Assembly (NCBI GenBank): GCA_964530075.1 | Contig: CAZGXU010000006.1 | Span: 1-60,655 of the forward strand | Origin: an uncultured Thermotogae bacterium | GTDB taxonomy: Bacteria > Bipolaricaulota > Bipolaricaulia > UBA7950 > UBA9294 | DNA length: 60,655 bases | Direction of reading: 5' to 3' | In this document: positions 48,707-57,548 of the stretch, piece by piece | Layout: each line of letters opens with the position of its first letter | Numbering within the stretch: position 1 is the first letter of the stretch | Translations under genes and position numbers: made by a program | Notes under the pieces: model-generated | Database searches by the model: none | What the model saw: the letters and a program-made list of their open reading frames with translations, nothing else | What the model was told of the DNA's origin: nothing

Positions 48707-48764
48707 TCAAATCCGCATCAACCGGTGCAAACGCCTTGCGTTGGAATGGAAAGGCTTCTACCGT
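48707..48764 (+). promoter_or_regulatory. promoter of regulator 2 with upstream 11-bp-spaced TCA pair
   Basis: TCA at 48707 and 48718; TTGCGT(48736)-N17-TACCGT. Confidence 0.6.
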
Positions 48765-48773
48765 AGTGAGGCG

Positions 48774-49700
48774 ATGAACGGGCGGCGACGATGGATCGGG
48801 TATGCAATCGTCGGGAGTCTCCTTCTTGGGATCGGAACCGTCATCGTCGTGCGGGACGCGGCCGGCTTCCGGGCCGCCACTCGAAGCGCGTTTCGAACCA
48901 GCTGCCGACGCCAAGCCGTCACGTTCGAGGAGTTCGCGGAGCAGTGGATCGTCCGCGATCAGCTGGACTCCCTTCGCAACGCGGGACGGCTGCTGATCAT
49001 GGGCGACGGGCTCTATGTCGACGCCGTCGCCTGGGGCGAGACCCTCCTCGCTCAGCGGGACGAGGCGCTGCGCGCGGACCCGGATGCCCTCGACGTCGGC
49101 GAAACACCGTCCAAGGAAACGGCGGTCGTCGACCTCGCGGGGGGAGACGTGGAAGTGACGGTTCCGCTTGTCCTCTCGGGGTATCCAAACTCACCCATCG
49201 GACGGCTTCGGATCGGGTTTTCGGGGACGTACGCGAACGCACGGATCCGTGGACACCTGCTTCAGATCGCGGGAATCGGACTGGGAGCGTGGATCGCGGT
49301 GATGGCGACCGGCGCCGCCCTGATCTGGTGGGATGGACGCTCGCGCGGAGACGGTTCGGCCGACCGGCAGATTCTTCGCAGCGGAACGATCGAGATCGAC
49401 ACGCAAGCGTGTCACGCGACGATGGACGGCGTGGCGCTGGATTTGACCCCGAAGCTCTACGAGCTGCTCCTCCTGTTTGCTCGACACGAGGGTGAGATCC
49501 TATCGGATCGGGACATCCTCGACGCCGTCTGGGCGGACTCCGCCTACGCCGCATCCCCGGACGTGAAGCAGCACATCTACCTGCTTCGACGGGCATTGGG
49601 AGAGGTTCATCCCGATCCGAAGCGCGTGATCGTCAACATCAAGGGGTTCGGATACCGGCTGGATCCCCCGACGAATGAGGGCGGTTTGAAGGTCGATTGA
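48774..49700 (+). CDS. membrane-anchored one-component regulator 2 (paralog)
   Basis: Same TM-loop-TM-wHTH layout; LTPKLYELL..VKQHIYLLRRALG..IVNIKGFGYRL. Confidence 0.87.
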   Translation: MNGRRRWIGYAIVGSLLLGIGTVIVVRDAAGFRAATRSAFRTSCRRQAVTFEEFAEQWIVRDQLDSLRNAGRLLIMGDGLYVDAVAWGETLLAQRDEALRADPDALDVGETPSKETAVVDLAGGDVEVTVPLVLSGYPNSPIGRLRIGFSGTYANARIRGHLLQIAGIGLGAWIAVMATGAALIWWDGRSRGDGSADRQILRSGTIEIDTQACHATMDGVALDLTPKLYELLLLFARHEGEILSDRDILDAVWADSAYAASPDVKQHIYLLRRALGEVHPDPKRVIVNIKGFGYRLDPPTNEGGLKVD

Positions 49701-49711
49701 TGGTCATTTGA
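49676..49711 (+). repeat. 4x TGA-N8 phased array, candidate wHTH operator
   Basis: TGA at 49676, 49687, 49698 (stop codon), 49709. Confidence 0.72.
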
Positions 49712-49751
49712 GCGACCGGACGTGGAGAATGCCCGTATCGAAGGAGGAAGA

Positions 49752-51206
49752 ATGAATCGAACGATCTTAGGCAGCGTCTGTGCAGCGCTTCTCGTCGTCG
49801 TTGCCCTGGGGCAGACGGGGATTGCCCAGGACGATTCCGCTCAGGCTTCCGACCTCGCCAGGGTGAGGGTGTATCGGGATGCATGGCTTGACTATGAGCG
49901 ATTCGTGGAAGTGATGGATGAGATGCGAGAGCCGCTCGTCCAAGCACTGCTGCTCGCGTACGAAGGGCTGCAGGCGTTCTCTCCCGATGAGCAGGTGCTG
50001 AAGGCCCAAACCATCGTCAACCTGCTCGAGGGGGCGGAAAGCCCGTTGTATGACCCGGCCATTGAACTGGACGAGTCATTGAAAACCGGCATTCGCGTCA
50101 TCCTCGATGGCTATCGGGTCCCTGCGACCGGAGATTCGGGGACAAGTGAGGGGGACCTGAGTTGGAACGGCATCGATGTGCCCAATCCGTCCCTGTTGGC
50201 GAGCATCGTTCCCGATCTCAGGGACCTTCTCCGCCTCGCTTCGTCATCCGCGCAACGCGCCGCGGACCGCGGCGCGACTCCGAGCGGCCGACGCGATGCA
50301 CTGCTCACGGCCCAGGCCTTGCTCGGCATGTTCTCTCTGGAGACCCGCGCGCTCACGGCGCCCCTGCGAATCACAGTCACACCGGGGGAGTCCATCCAAG
50401 CCGCGATCGATTCGGCGATTCCGGGAGCGACGATCACGATCGAGCCGGGGATCTACCGGGAGACCCTCGACATTCAGAAGAGCGTTACGCTTCAGGGGTG
50501 GGGGCCGGATGTCGTGATTAAGCCCGTCAACTCACAGGTCGGCATCCTCGTGCACTCGGACGAGGAGATTGCCGTCAACATCCAGTGGCTGACGGTTCGT
50601 GCCGCGAGCATCGGCGTGGATGTGCGGGGAAACGCCCGGCTGCAGTTCGAAGCGGGCGACGTGACCGATTGTGGCACAGGACTGCTCGTCGAGGAGAATG
50701 CGAATGTCACCGCAGATCAAGTTCGCCTTCTGAACGACGGCATAGCGATGGCTGTCACGGGGAGTGGGTCCGCTCGACTCACGGATTGTCACCTCGAGAA
50801 CTCGACCGGCTCCGATACTGCCCTTCTTGTGATGGACGACGCGTCGGTGACTTTGGAGAGCAGCTTCGTACGCAACAATGCCGGAAACGGCATACGGTTG
50901 GCGAATCGAGCTACGCTCACCCTCGTCGACGGACTGATCGACGGCAACGGGCTCGACGGAACCCTCCTATGGGATCAATCCACGCTGCACATGACGGGGT
51001 CGAAGTTCTACTCCAACCTCGGCTACGGAATCCGGGCGCTGTCCGGTGAGTGCCCGACGTCGGATGGGACCCTCGGCGAATCATTCTCCGGGACGATCAC
51101 GGGCTATGGCAACTTCTTCGCCGATCCCGAGAACGAACTCGTGGGGAACAAGCTCGGGAAGTTCTGCCCCGAGGACTTGGGCTTTCTGACCGAAGGTCCC
51201 GACTGA
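49752..51206 (+). CDS. secreted protein 2: same helical N-domain + one beta-helix module
   Basis: RBS AAGGAGG; signal peptide; ESIQAAID..PGIYRETLDIQKSVTLQG; N..NGI repeats. Confidence 0.85.
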   Translation: MNRTILGSVCAALLVVVALGQTGIAQDDSAQASDLARVRVYRDAWLDYERFVEVMDEMREPLVQALLLAYEGLQAFSPDEQVLKAQTIVNLLEGAESPLYDPAIELDESLKTGIRVILDGYRVPATGDSGTSEGDLSWNGIDVPNPSLLASIVPDLRDLLRLASSSAQRAADRGATPSGRRDALLTAQALLGMFSLETRALTAPLRITVTPGESIQAAIDSAIPGATITIEPGIYRETLDIQKSVTLQGWGPDVVIKPVNSQVGILVHSDEEIAVNIQWLTVRAASIGVDVRGNARLQFEAGDVTDCGTGLLVEENANVTADQVRLLNDGIAMAVTGSGSARLTDCHLENSTGSDTALLVMDDASVTLESSFVRNNAGNGIRLANRATLTLVDGLIDGNGLDGTLLWDQSTLHMTGSKFYSNLGYGIRALSGECPTSDGTLGESFSGTITGYGNFFADPENELVGNKLGKFCPEDLGFLTEGPD

Positions 51207-51299
51207 GACTCCGATCGCCCTCGGCCGGCGAGGGTGCGTTCAGGAAGGTCTGTCCGCCGTTGTTTCTTGAGCAGAGCGGCCCGCAAACGCGTCGACGGG

Positions 51300-51983
51300 C
51301 TACTCGGCTTCAGCGGGCGACGACTCGAAGAGCTTCCCGTCGTGCATGGTCAGCTGTCGGGGACAACGGTTGGCGACGGACGGATCGTGCGTGACCAGAA
51401 CCAGCATCCGCTCGTCATCGCGAAGGGACAGGATATGACGAATGATCCGATCGCCGGTCTCCGTGTCGAGGTTCCCGGTCGGCTCATCAGCGAGCAGGAG
51501 GCGGGGCTGGATGACCGTCGAACGAGCGATGGCGACCCGCTGCTCCTCGCCGCCGGAGAGCTGCGAGGGAAGGTGGCGGGCGCGATCGGTCAGACCGACG
51601 GCCTCGAGCGCGGCCATGGCCCTCTTCTTACGCTCGGCGCGCCGTACGCCTCCGTAGCGCAAAGGAAGCGCGACGTTCTTCCAGGCGGTCAGTTCGGGGA
51701 TAAGGTTGTAGCATTGGAAGACGAAGCCGATGCTGCGGGCTCGCAAGAAGGACCGCCGTCTGTCGGACAGGTTCCAGACATCCTCACCGTCGATCAGGAT
51801 GGTTCCCGACGTCGGACGATCCAACGTTCCCAGCAGGCTGAGCAACGTCGTCTTGCCCGACCCGGACGGTCCCTGAATGGCGACGACCTCGCCGTCGTGT
51901 ACTTGGAAACTGACGTCATCGAGCGCACGGATCTCCGCCGATCCGCGGTAGTAGATGCGCGACGCACCGCGTGCTTCGATCAT
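51300..51983 (-). CDS. LolD/MacB-type ABC ATPase
   Basis: [37 protein letters not shown]. Confidence 0.95.
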   Translation of the reverse strand: MIEARGASRIYYRGSAEIRALDDVSFQVHDGEVVAIQGPSGSGKTTLLSLLGTLDRPTSGTILIDGEDVWNLSDRRRSFLRARSIGFVFQCYNLIPELTAWKNVALPLRYGGVRRAERKKRAMAALEAVGLTDRARHLPSQLSGGEEQRVAIARSTVIQPRLLLADEPTGNLDTETGDRIIRHILSLRDDERMLVLVTHDPSVANRCPRQLTMHDGKLFESSPAEAE

Positions 51984-51992
51984 TGTGGCGTA

Positions 51993-54380
51993 TCACCCCC
52001 GAAATCGAATCGTGTCCATGGGAGAGAGCGTGGCTGCCCACAGCGCCGGGATCCCTCCTCCGAGCGATGCGGCAACCAAGACAGCGGCTGCCGTCCACGC
52101 CAGCCATTGCCATTGGAAGCGCACATCGAAGAAGAACCAGCCCGACAGCAACCGGACGCCGAAGACGGCGACTCCCATGGAGAGGACGCCGGCAACCGCT
52201 GTCGTAAGCAACGCTTGGCGGAAGACACTCAGAGACACTCTCGTCGCAGTCGCCCCCACAGCGCGTTGAATTCCGAGCTGCCTTCTCCGGCGCATCGTCT
52301 GCGCCCAGAAGAGATTTCCCAATCCGAAGGCACTCACGATCAATGCCAGCATCCCCAATCGCAGCGAACCGAGAGTGACGCTGTTGGCTAGGGCGATCAT
52401 CTGCCCCATCTCCTGCGCCGGACCCTCGATCTGAGCCGGCGCACTACCGGGGTGCAGATCCCGAAGCACGGCCCGGATATTGCCCACTGTTGCCTCGACG
52501 TTCACTGCCGGATCCATCCGAACCCAGGTCCGATAGCCGGTTGCGAGTTCGTTCTCGACGGCCCCGGCAGGGATCATCATCATCCACTGGCTGGCACCTC
52601 CAACGTTCGTTTTTGGAGCGTTGAGGACGCCTATGACGACGAATTCTTCGGACCCAAATGTGATCACCTGTCCGAGTGGATCGAGCGTACCGAACGTCTC
52701 GTCGGCCACCTTTTTGCTCAGCACGATGACATGGGCTCTGTCGCCAAACTCCTTGGATGTCGGGATGCGCCCCTCAACGAGCGATCCGGCCAAGAAGGCG
52801 TCCCCGACGGACACCACCTCGACCAGCGTCCCCATGACCTCGTGTCCCTCGAACGTCGCTTGGTCATAGAGAATGGTCCCGTCCTCCGCGTACCCGTGAA
52901 TCGACAGGACACTCCGCTCCGCTGCGACGCTTGTCACCCCGGCAACGCCGAAGATGCCATCGATATCCTTCCGTTGCAGGTCGTAACCTGTCTCGGCCTT
53001 GCCCGGAGTCGAGCGTCCTCCGACAACGGCGACGACGTTGGGTTCCAGGTCGCCGTACATCTCTCGATAGGCGGCGGCGATGGAATCCGATAGCGCAACG
53101 ACGAACACGACCGACGAAATGCCGACGACGCAGGCCAATGTGATCAGCCAACCCCATCCCTGCAAGGGACGTTTCTCGTGTCGAAGTGGGTCGAGGCGGA
53201 TGGCACGAACAGGCGGGATCCGCGAGGCGCGGAAAGCGGGAAGCGTGCCGGCAAGCAAGGCGGCGCCCACCAGCAGGCCGGCGCCCACGAAATGAAGAGG
53301 TCCGAAACGCAGCGGAATGGACAGCAGCCGCTCGAATACGTCCGCCATCCAGATGGCCAGTCCGCTTCCGGCAATGACACCGGCCACCGTTAATCCCAAC
53401 AAGCGAAGCAGGCTGCTCAGCCCCGTTCTCATGCGCCCCGCCCCCAGCGCTCGCCGCGTGCCGATCGCCGGTGTACGCTGCGCCACGGTGGTCAAACCGA
53501 CGGCGAATGCGTTGACCGTTCCGATGAATAGCAATGCCAATGCGATGATCGCGAACAGCTGAACCGTTCGCCGCCGCAGCAGGAATGTGAAGTCGTACAG
53601 AACGCTGATCGTGGACACGTCACCTCGATCGCCGAGCACGGCGAGGACGCTCGCCATGCCTGCCTCGGGGTCGTCAACGTTCAGTCGGATCCACAATTGG
53701 GAGAATGGATTCTCAAGGCAACGTTCGATGTCCTGAGGGCGGAAGTTGTATCGGCAAAGATCGGGCACCGGCAGCAGCGCATCGACGCTCTCGGCTTCCG
53801 CCCACGAGCTGTCCTCTCCCAGGGAAGCGAGTACCCCGATGACCTCTTGCTCTCCGAATCCGACGTCCAGAATCTGACCGATCGGGTCCTGCGCTTGGTA
53901 GTAAGACTGAGCGAATGACTGGCTGAGCACGGCAACGCCGGTCTCACCATCTTCGAACATGCGCCCGCGTGACAACTGCAGATGGTGCATCTCGACGTAG
54001 TTGGGAGTTACGCCCAGCACCTTGAGTTGCAGCTGGGCAAACTCGTGGGTGCTCGTGGCCCCTGCCACAGATTCGATGCCCGGACCGGCTCGAAGCCGAT
54101 CGATGTCCGAATCGTCGAAGCTGTCGACAGCAGGATTGGATGAACTCACCCGGAGGAGGTTTCGTCCGACGGCATCGACGACCTTGTCATACTCGTATTC
54201 GACGCCGTTCCGTGCCGCGATGGCAAGCGCAAGGCCCAGGGCGATGCAGGTCATGCCGATCAGAATACTGATACCGCCGAACCAGCGGCGAAAGGCCGCT
54301 CGATGTCTCATGATGGTTCGCTTGGCTCCCATTCGGATGGCTCGCCTGACAAGTGTCACGATGGGAGCGGTGGTCGTCAA
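51993..54380 (-). CDS. MacB/FtsX-family ABC permease, internally duplicated
   Basis: Two repeats of TM-periplasmic domain (GR.., DP.GQ, V.GV)-IGxxRAxGA-TMs. Start uncertain. Confidence 0.88.
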   Translation of the reverse strand: MTTTAPIVTLVRRAIRMGAKRTIMRHRAAFRRWFGGISILIGMTCIALGLALAIAARNGVEYEYDKVVDAVGRNLLRVSSSNPAVDSFDDSDIDRLRAGPGIESVAGATSTHEFAQLQLKVLGVTPNYVEMHHLQLSRGRMFEDGETGVAVLSQSFAQSYYQAQDPIGQILDVGFGEQEVIGVLASLGEDSSWAEAESVDALLPVPDLCRYNFRPQDIERCLENPFSQLWIRLNVDDPEAGMASVLAVLGDRGDVSTISVLYDFTFLLRRRTVQLFAIIALALLFIGTVNAFAVGLTTVAQRTPAIGTRRALGAGRMRTGLSSLLRLLGLTVAGVIAGSGLAIWMADVFERLLSIPLRFGPLHFVGAGLLVGAALLAGTLPAFRASRIPPVRAIRLDPLRHEKRPLQGWGWLITLACVVGISSVVFVVALSDSIAAAYREMYGDLEPNVVAVVGGRSTPGKAETGYDLQRKDIDGIFGVAGVTSVAAERSVLSIHGYAEDGTILYDQATFEGHEVMGTLVEVVSVGDAFLAGSLVEGRIPTSKEFGDRAHVIVLSKKVADETFGTLDPLGQVITFGSEEFVVIGVLNAPKTNVGGASQWMMMIPAGAVENELATGYRTWVRMDPAVNVEATVGNIRAVLRDLHPGSAPAQIEGPAQEMGQMIALANSVTLGSLRLGMLALIVSAFGLGNLFWAQTMRRRRQLGIQRAVGATATRVSLSVFRQALLTTAVAGVLSMGVAVFGVRLLSGWFFFDVRFQWQWLAWTAAAVLVAASLGGGIPALWAATLSPMDTIRFRG

Positions 54381-54531
54381 ATACCGGATCAGTTGTTCAT
54401 AAGGAGGATACAGCCTGGGCCAGTGCCGAGTGATTTGCCGTGATTGCAGGACGCGGTGTTGATGGGCTGAGATGCTCTCAGCTTGTGACGAGCTCTACAA
54501 CGACAACTCCGCCGGACGATGTCCCGTCGAA

Positions 54532-55444
54532 GGGGTTAGGTCTTGCAATGACATATCCATCATGCTGGGCTGGAGTCATGGCCAGACCACTGCGTATCGA
54601 GTACCCTGGCGCCGTCTATCACCTCACTTCCAGGGGCAACGCGCGACAAGACATCTTTCTCGACGATGAAGATCGCACAAGGTTTCTTGAGATCCTTGCG
54701 AAGGCCATCGATCGCTTCCATCGGCTCTGTCATGCGTACTGCCTCATGAGCAATCACTACCATCTCCTTGTCGAGACTGTAGATCCGACGCTCGCCCGGG
54801 GCATGCGCCATCTGAATGGTGTCTACACCCAGGAGTTCAACGGACGCCACAAGCGATCTGGCCACGTCTTCCAGGGGCACTACAAGGCGATCCTCGTCGA
54901 GAAGGATTCACATCTCCTCGAGCTGGCGCGATATGTCGTTCTGAATCCTGTCCGCGCCCGGATGGTTCGCTCATGCAAGGACTGGCGGTGGAGCAGCTAC
55001 AGGGCTACGGCGGGGTTGGAGTCCGCGCCGTCGTTCCTGACCACCGACTGGATCCTCGCTCAATTCGCTCAGTCCCCATCCAAGGCTCGCTGTGCCTATC
55101 GACGGTTTGTGTCGGCCGGGCGCGGCGAGCCGGCTTGGGACAAGCTCCGAGGACAGATCTACTACGGGAGCAATGCGTTCATTGGGCAGCACGTCCCGGA
55201 AGGAAGCCTCACATTCCGAGAGATTCCGCGCGAGCAGCGCCTTGTCAGTCGTCCTCCGCTCGAGGACATCTTCGGGGCAGCCTCGGAGGAGCGTGCACTG
55301 GCCACTGCGTATCGCGAGTACGGCTACAAACTCCGTGAGATTGCGGACTTCCTGGGTGTCCACTACTCCACAGTCAGCCGTCGGCTCAAGAAGCAGGAAG
55401 AGCTAACCGAGTGACTCATCGATGTGTTACTGAAAGACCTTACC
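54532..55444 (+). mobile_element. RAYT/TnpA(REP)-type element bounded by imperfect inverted repeats
   Basis: Left GGTTAGGTCTTGCAATGACATAT (54534-54556) matches the reverse complement of 55422-55444 at 18/23 positions. Confidence 0.75.
54578..55414 (+). CDS. REP-associated tyrosine (HUH/Y1) transposase with C-terminal HTH
   Basis: MARPLR, YH..SRGN, YCLMSNHYHLL (HUH), YVVLNPVRA, WSSY, EIADFLGVHYSTVSR. Confidence 0.93.
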   Translation: MARPLRIEYPGAVYHLTSRGNARQDIFLDDEDRTRFLEILAKAIDRFHRLCHAYCLMSNHYHLLVETVDPTLARGMRHLNGVYTQEFNGRHKRSGHVFQGHYKAILVEKDSHLLELARYVVLNPVRARMVRSCKDWRWSSYRATAGLESAPSFLTTDWILAQFAQSPSKARCAYRRFVSAGRGEPAWDKLRGQIYYGSNAFIGQHVPEGSLTFREIPREQRLVSRPPLEDIFGAASEERALATAYREYGYKLREIADFLGVHYSTVSRRLKKQEELTE

Positions 55445-55495
55445 TTGCTCTCGTCCGTCAGCGCCGTAGGGGAACTTGATTGAGTAGGTTGTTCC

Positions 55496-55524
55496 TTGAC
55501 AAAACGGCGACCGCTCGGTAACCT
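55496..55524 (+). promoter_or_regulatory. sigma70-type promoter for the DeoR-sugar operon
   Basis: TTGACA-N17-TAACCT. Confidence 0.65.
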
Positions 55525-55558
55525 TACGAAGGCCATATAGATATCAAAAACAAGCGAA

Positions 55559-56320
55559 ATGCTAGTCGATGAAAGACGCCACCTGATCGCGGAATCCGTC
55601 ATTGCCCAAGGGGTAGCAACGGTCGCGGAATTGAGCGATCGCTACGGGGTCTCTCGGGTCACAATCCGCTCCGACCTCAAAGCGCTCGAAAAGCAGGGGA
55701 CCCTAACGAGAAACCGCGGTGGTGCCGTTGCCAACCGAATCTCCCGCTTCACCCCGGCGTTTCAACAGCAATCGAGTGTCAACCGAAAGGCGAAGGAGGC
55801 GATCGCCACAAAGGCGGCGGAGACGATCCGGGACGGCGATCGGGTGATCCTCGATGCGGGCAGCACGACGCTATACCTCGCCGACCGGCTCTGCCATAGA
55901 CGGCTCACGCTCGCCGTCAATTCCGTCTACTCGATGAACAAGCTCGTCGACGCACCGAACGTGGAGCTTATTCTAATCGGTGGGACGCTGTACGGGCCCG
56001 TGCTCAGCTTCACCGGCGAATTGGCCGAGGGGTTTCTCGATCGGCTCCACTTCGACAAGACGGTGCTCGGAGTCAACGGCGTGACGGAGCACGGTATCTC
56101 GGTGAACAACTCGCAAGAGGCGGGAATCAAACGAAAGATGATCGAAAGGGCCGAGTGCGTCGTCGTTCTCGCCGATTCGTCGAAGATCGGCATCGAGAGC
56201 TTGGTCAAGATCGAGCCGCTCAATCGCGTCGACGTCCTTGTTACGGAGAGGCCGATCCCCGCAGCCGTGGCGAAGCGCCTGAAGAACGCGCACCCGAGAC
56301 TGGAGGTGCTGGTTGCCTGA
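55559..56320 (+). CDS. DeoR/GlpR-family transcriptional regulator
   Basis: VSRVTIRSDL..LE, RGGA, LDAGSTT, LADSSK. Confidence 0.95.
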   Translation: MLVDERRHLIAESVIAQGVATVAELSDRYGVSRVTIRSDLKALEKQGTLTRNRGGAVANRISRFTPAFQQQSSVNRKAKEAIATKAAETIRDGDRVILDAGSTTLYLADRLCHRRLTLAVNSVYSMNKLVDAPNVELILIGGTLYGPVLSFTGELAEGFLDRLHFDKTVLGVNGVTEHGISVNNSQEAGIKRKMIERAECVVVLADSSKIGIESLVKIEPLNRVDVLVTERPIPAAVAKRLKNAHPRLEVLVA

Positions 56321-57548
56321 AGCCACCTTCGCGATGATCACACCCCACGGCGATCCGCTCGGCCGAATCGGCGAGCCGGACATCGGGGGGCAGTGTGTCT
56401 ACGTCCGCGAGCTGTCGGCCCACCTTGCGAAGGCCGGTCATGTGGTCCACGTTTACACGAGGGATCGAGGCGAGGGGAAGCCGGAGCGAGAAGGGTTCGT
56501 GCCGGGCGCAACGGTGGTACGCGTCCCGTGCGGTCCGGCTGGGTTCATCCCGAAGGAAGACCTCGGTCCCTACCTCCCGGAGTTCGCCGACCGTGTCCGA
56601 AAGGGGCTCACCGGCGGCGAGTTTCTCCATTCACACTACTGGGACGGGGGGTACGTCGCCGGTGCGCTTCGCAATGGACACCGCTGGTTTCACACGACCC
56701 ACTCGATCGGGAGGTTGAAGCAAGTCGCGCTTCCTGACGGCGAGGAGTACCGCTACGACGAGCGGATCCAGATCGAGACAGGGATTTACCGCAGCTGCGA
56801 CCGCGTCGTTGCCCTGACCGAGACCGAGAAACATCAGATCCACGAGCTGTACGACGTCCCGACCGATCGGATCGTCGTCATCCCTCCCGGGGTAAACTCG
56901 GACGTCTTCGCGCCCTTGGCCGACAAGAAGAAGACGCGGAGAGCGCTCGGACTACCCGAAGAGGACACGATCGTCTTCACCCTCGGCCGGCTCGACGAGC
57001 GAAAGGGGTTCGACCTCTTCCTCGAAGCGGCTGGGCGCCTCGCCCGACGCGATGACCTGCCTTCGACGCTTTTCCTGTTCAGCGCCGGAGACGGAACCGA
57101 GCGAGAGGCTCGGGAGCGCGAAAGGCTCGAAGCAATCGTCGGATCGCACGCGCTCGATACCAAGTTGCGGTGGTTGCCAGTCTTGCCCGAGGAGCAGCTG
57201 CCTCTCTACCACGGTGCGGCGGACATCTTCGTCCTCCCGTCTCGATATGAGCCGTTCGGCATCGTGATGCTCGAAGCGATGGCCTGTGCGGTCCCTGTCG
57301 TCGCGACGAACACCGGCGGTCCAGCGACGGTTATCGAATCGGGGGTCACCGGGATCCTCGTCGATCCGACCGACACCGAAGCACTCGCGGATGCTCTCGC
57401 TGGACTGATCCGAGCGCCCGAACGACGGGACGAGTTCGGACGACGCGGTCGAGCAAAGATGGAGAGAAGCTACAGCTGGGAGATCATCGCCGATCGACAT
57501 CTTGCGGCATACGGACTTGAGGCAAGGGATGGATCCGATGCACGGTGA
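56313..57548 (+). CDS. GT4 glycosyltransferase, sucrose-phosphate/mannosylfructose-phosphate synthase-like
   Basis: HG..G.PDIGGQCVYVREL, HSHYWDGG, HSIG, GR..RKG, EPFGIVMLEAMA. Confidence 0.85.
   Translation: MPEATFAMITPHGDPLGRIGEPDIGGQCVYVRELSAHLAKAGHVVHVYTRDRGEGKPEREGFVPGATVVRVPCGPAGFIPKEDLGPYLPEFADRVRKGLTGGEFLHSHYWDGGYVAGALRNGHRWFHTTHSIGRLKQVALPDGEEYRYDERIQIETGIYRSCDRVVALTETEKHQIHELYDVPTDRIVVIPPGVNSDVFAPLADKKKTRRALGLPEEDTIVFTLGRLDERKGFDLFLEAAGRLARRDDLPSTLFLFSAGDGTEREARERERLEAIVGSHALDTKLRWLPVLPEEQLPLYHGAADIFVLPSRYEPFGIVMLEAMACAVPVVATNTGGPATVIESGVTGILVDPTDTEALADALAGLIRAPERRDEFGRRGRAKMERSYSWEIIADRHLAAYGLEARDGSDAR

Noticed and set aside
54381-54480. TGA-phased array upstream of the MacB-type permease, which would add it to the wHTH regulon
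   Set aside because: TGA/TCA spacings here are 8, 10 or 12 bp rather than a consistent 11.
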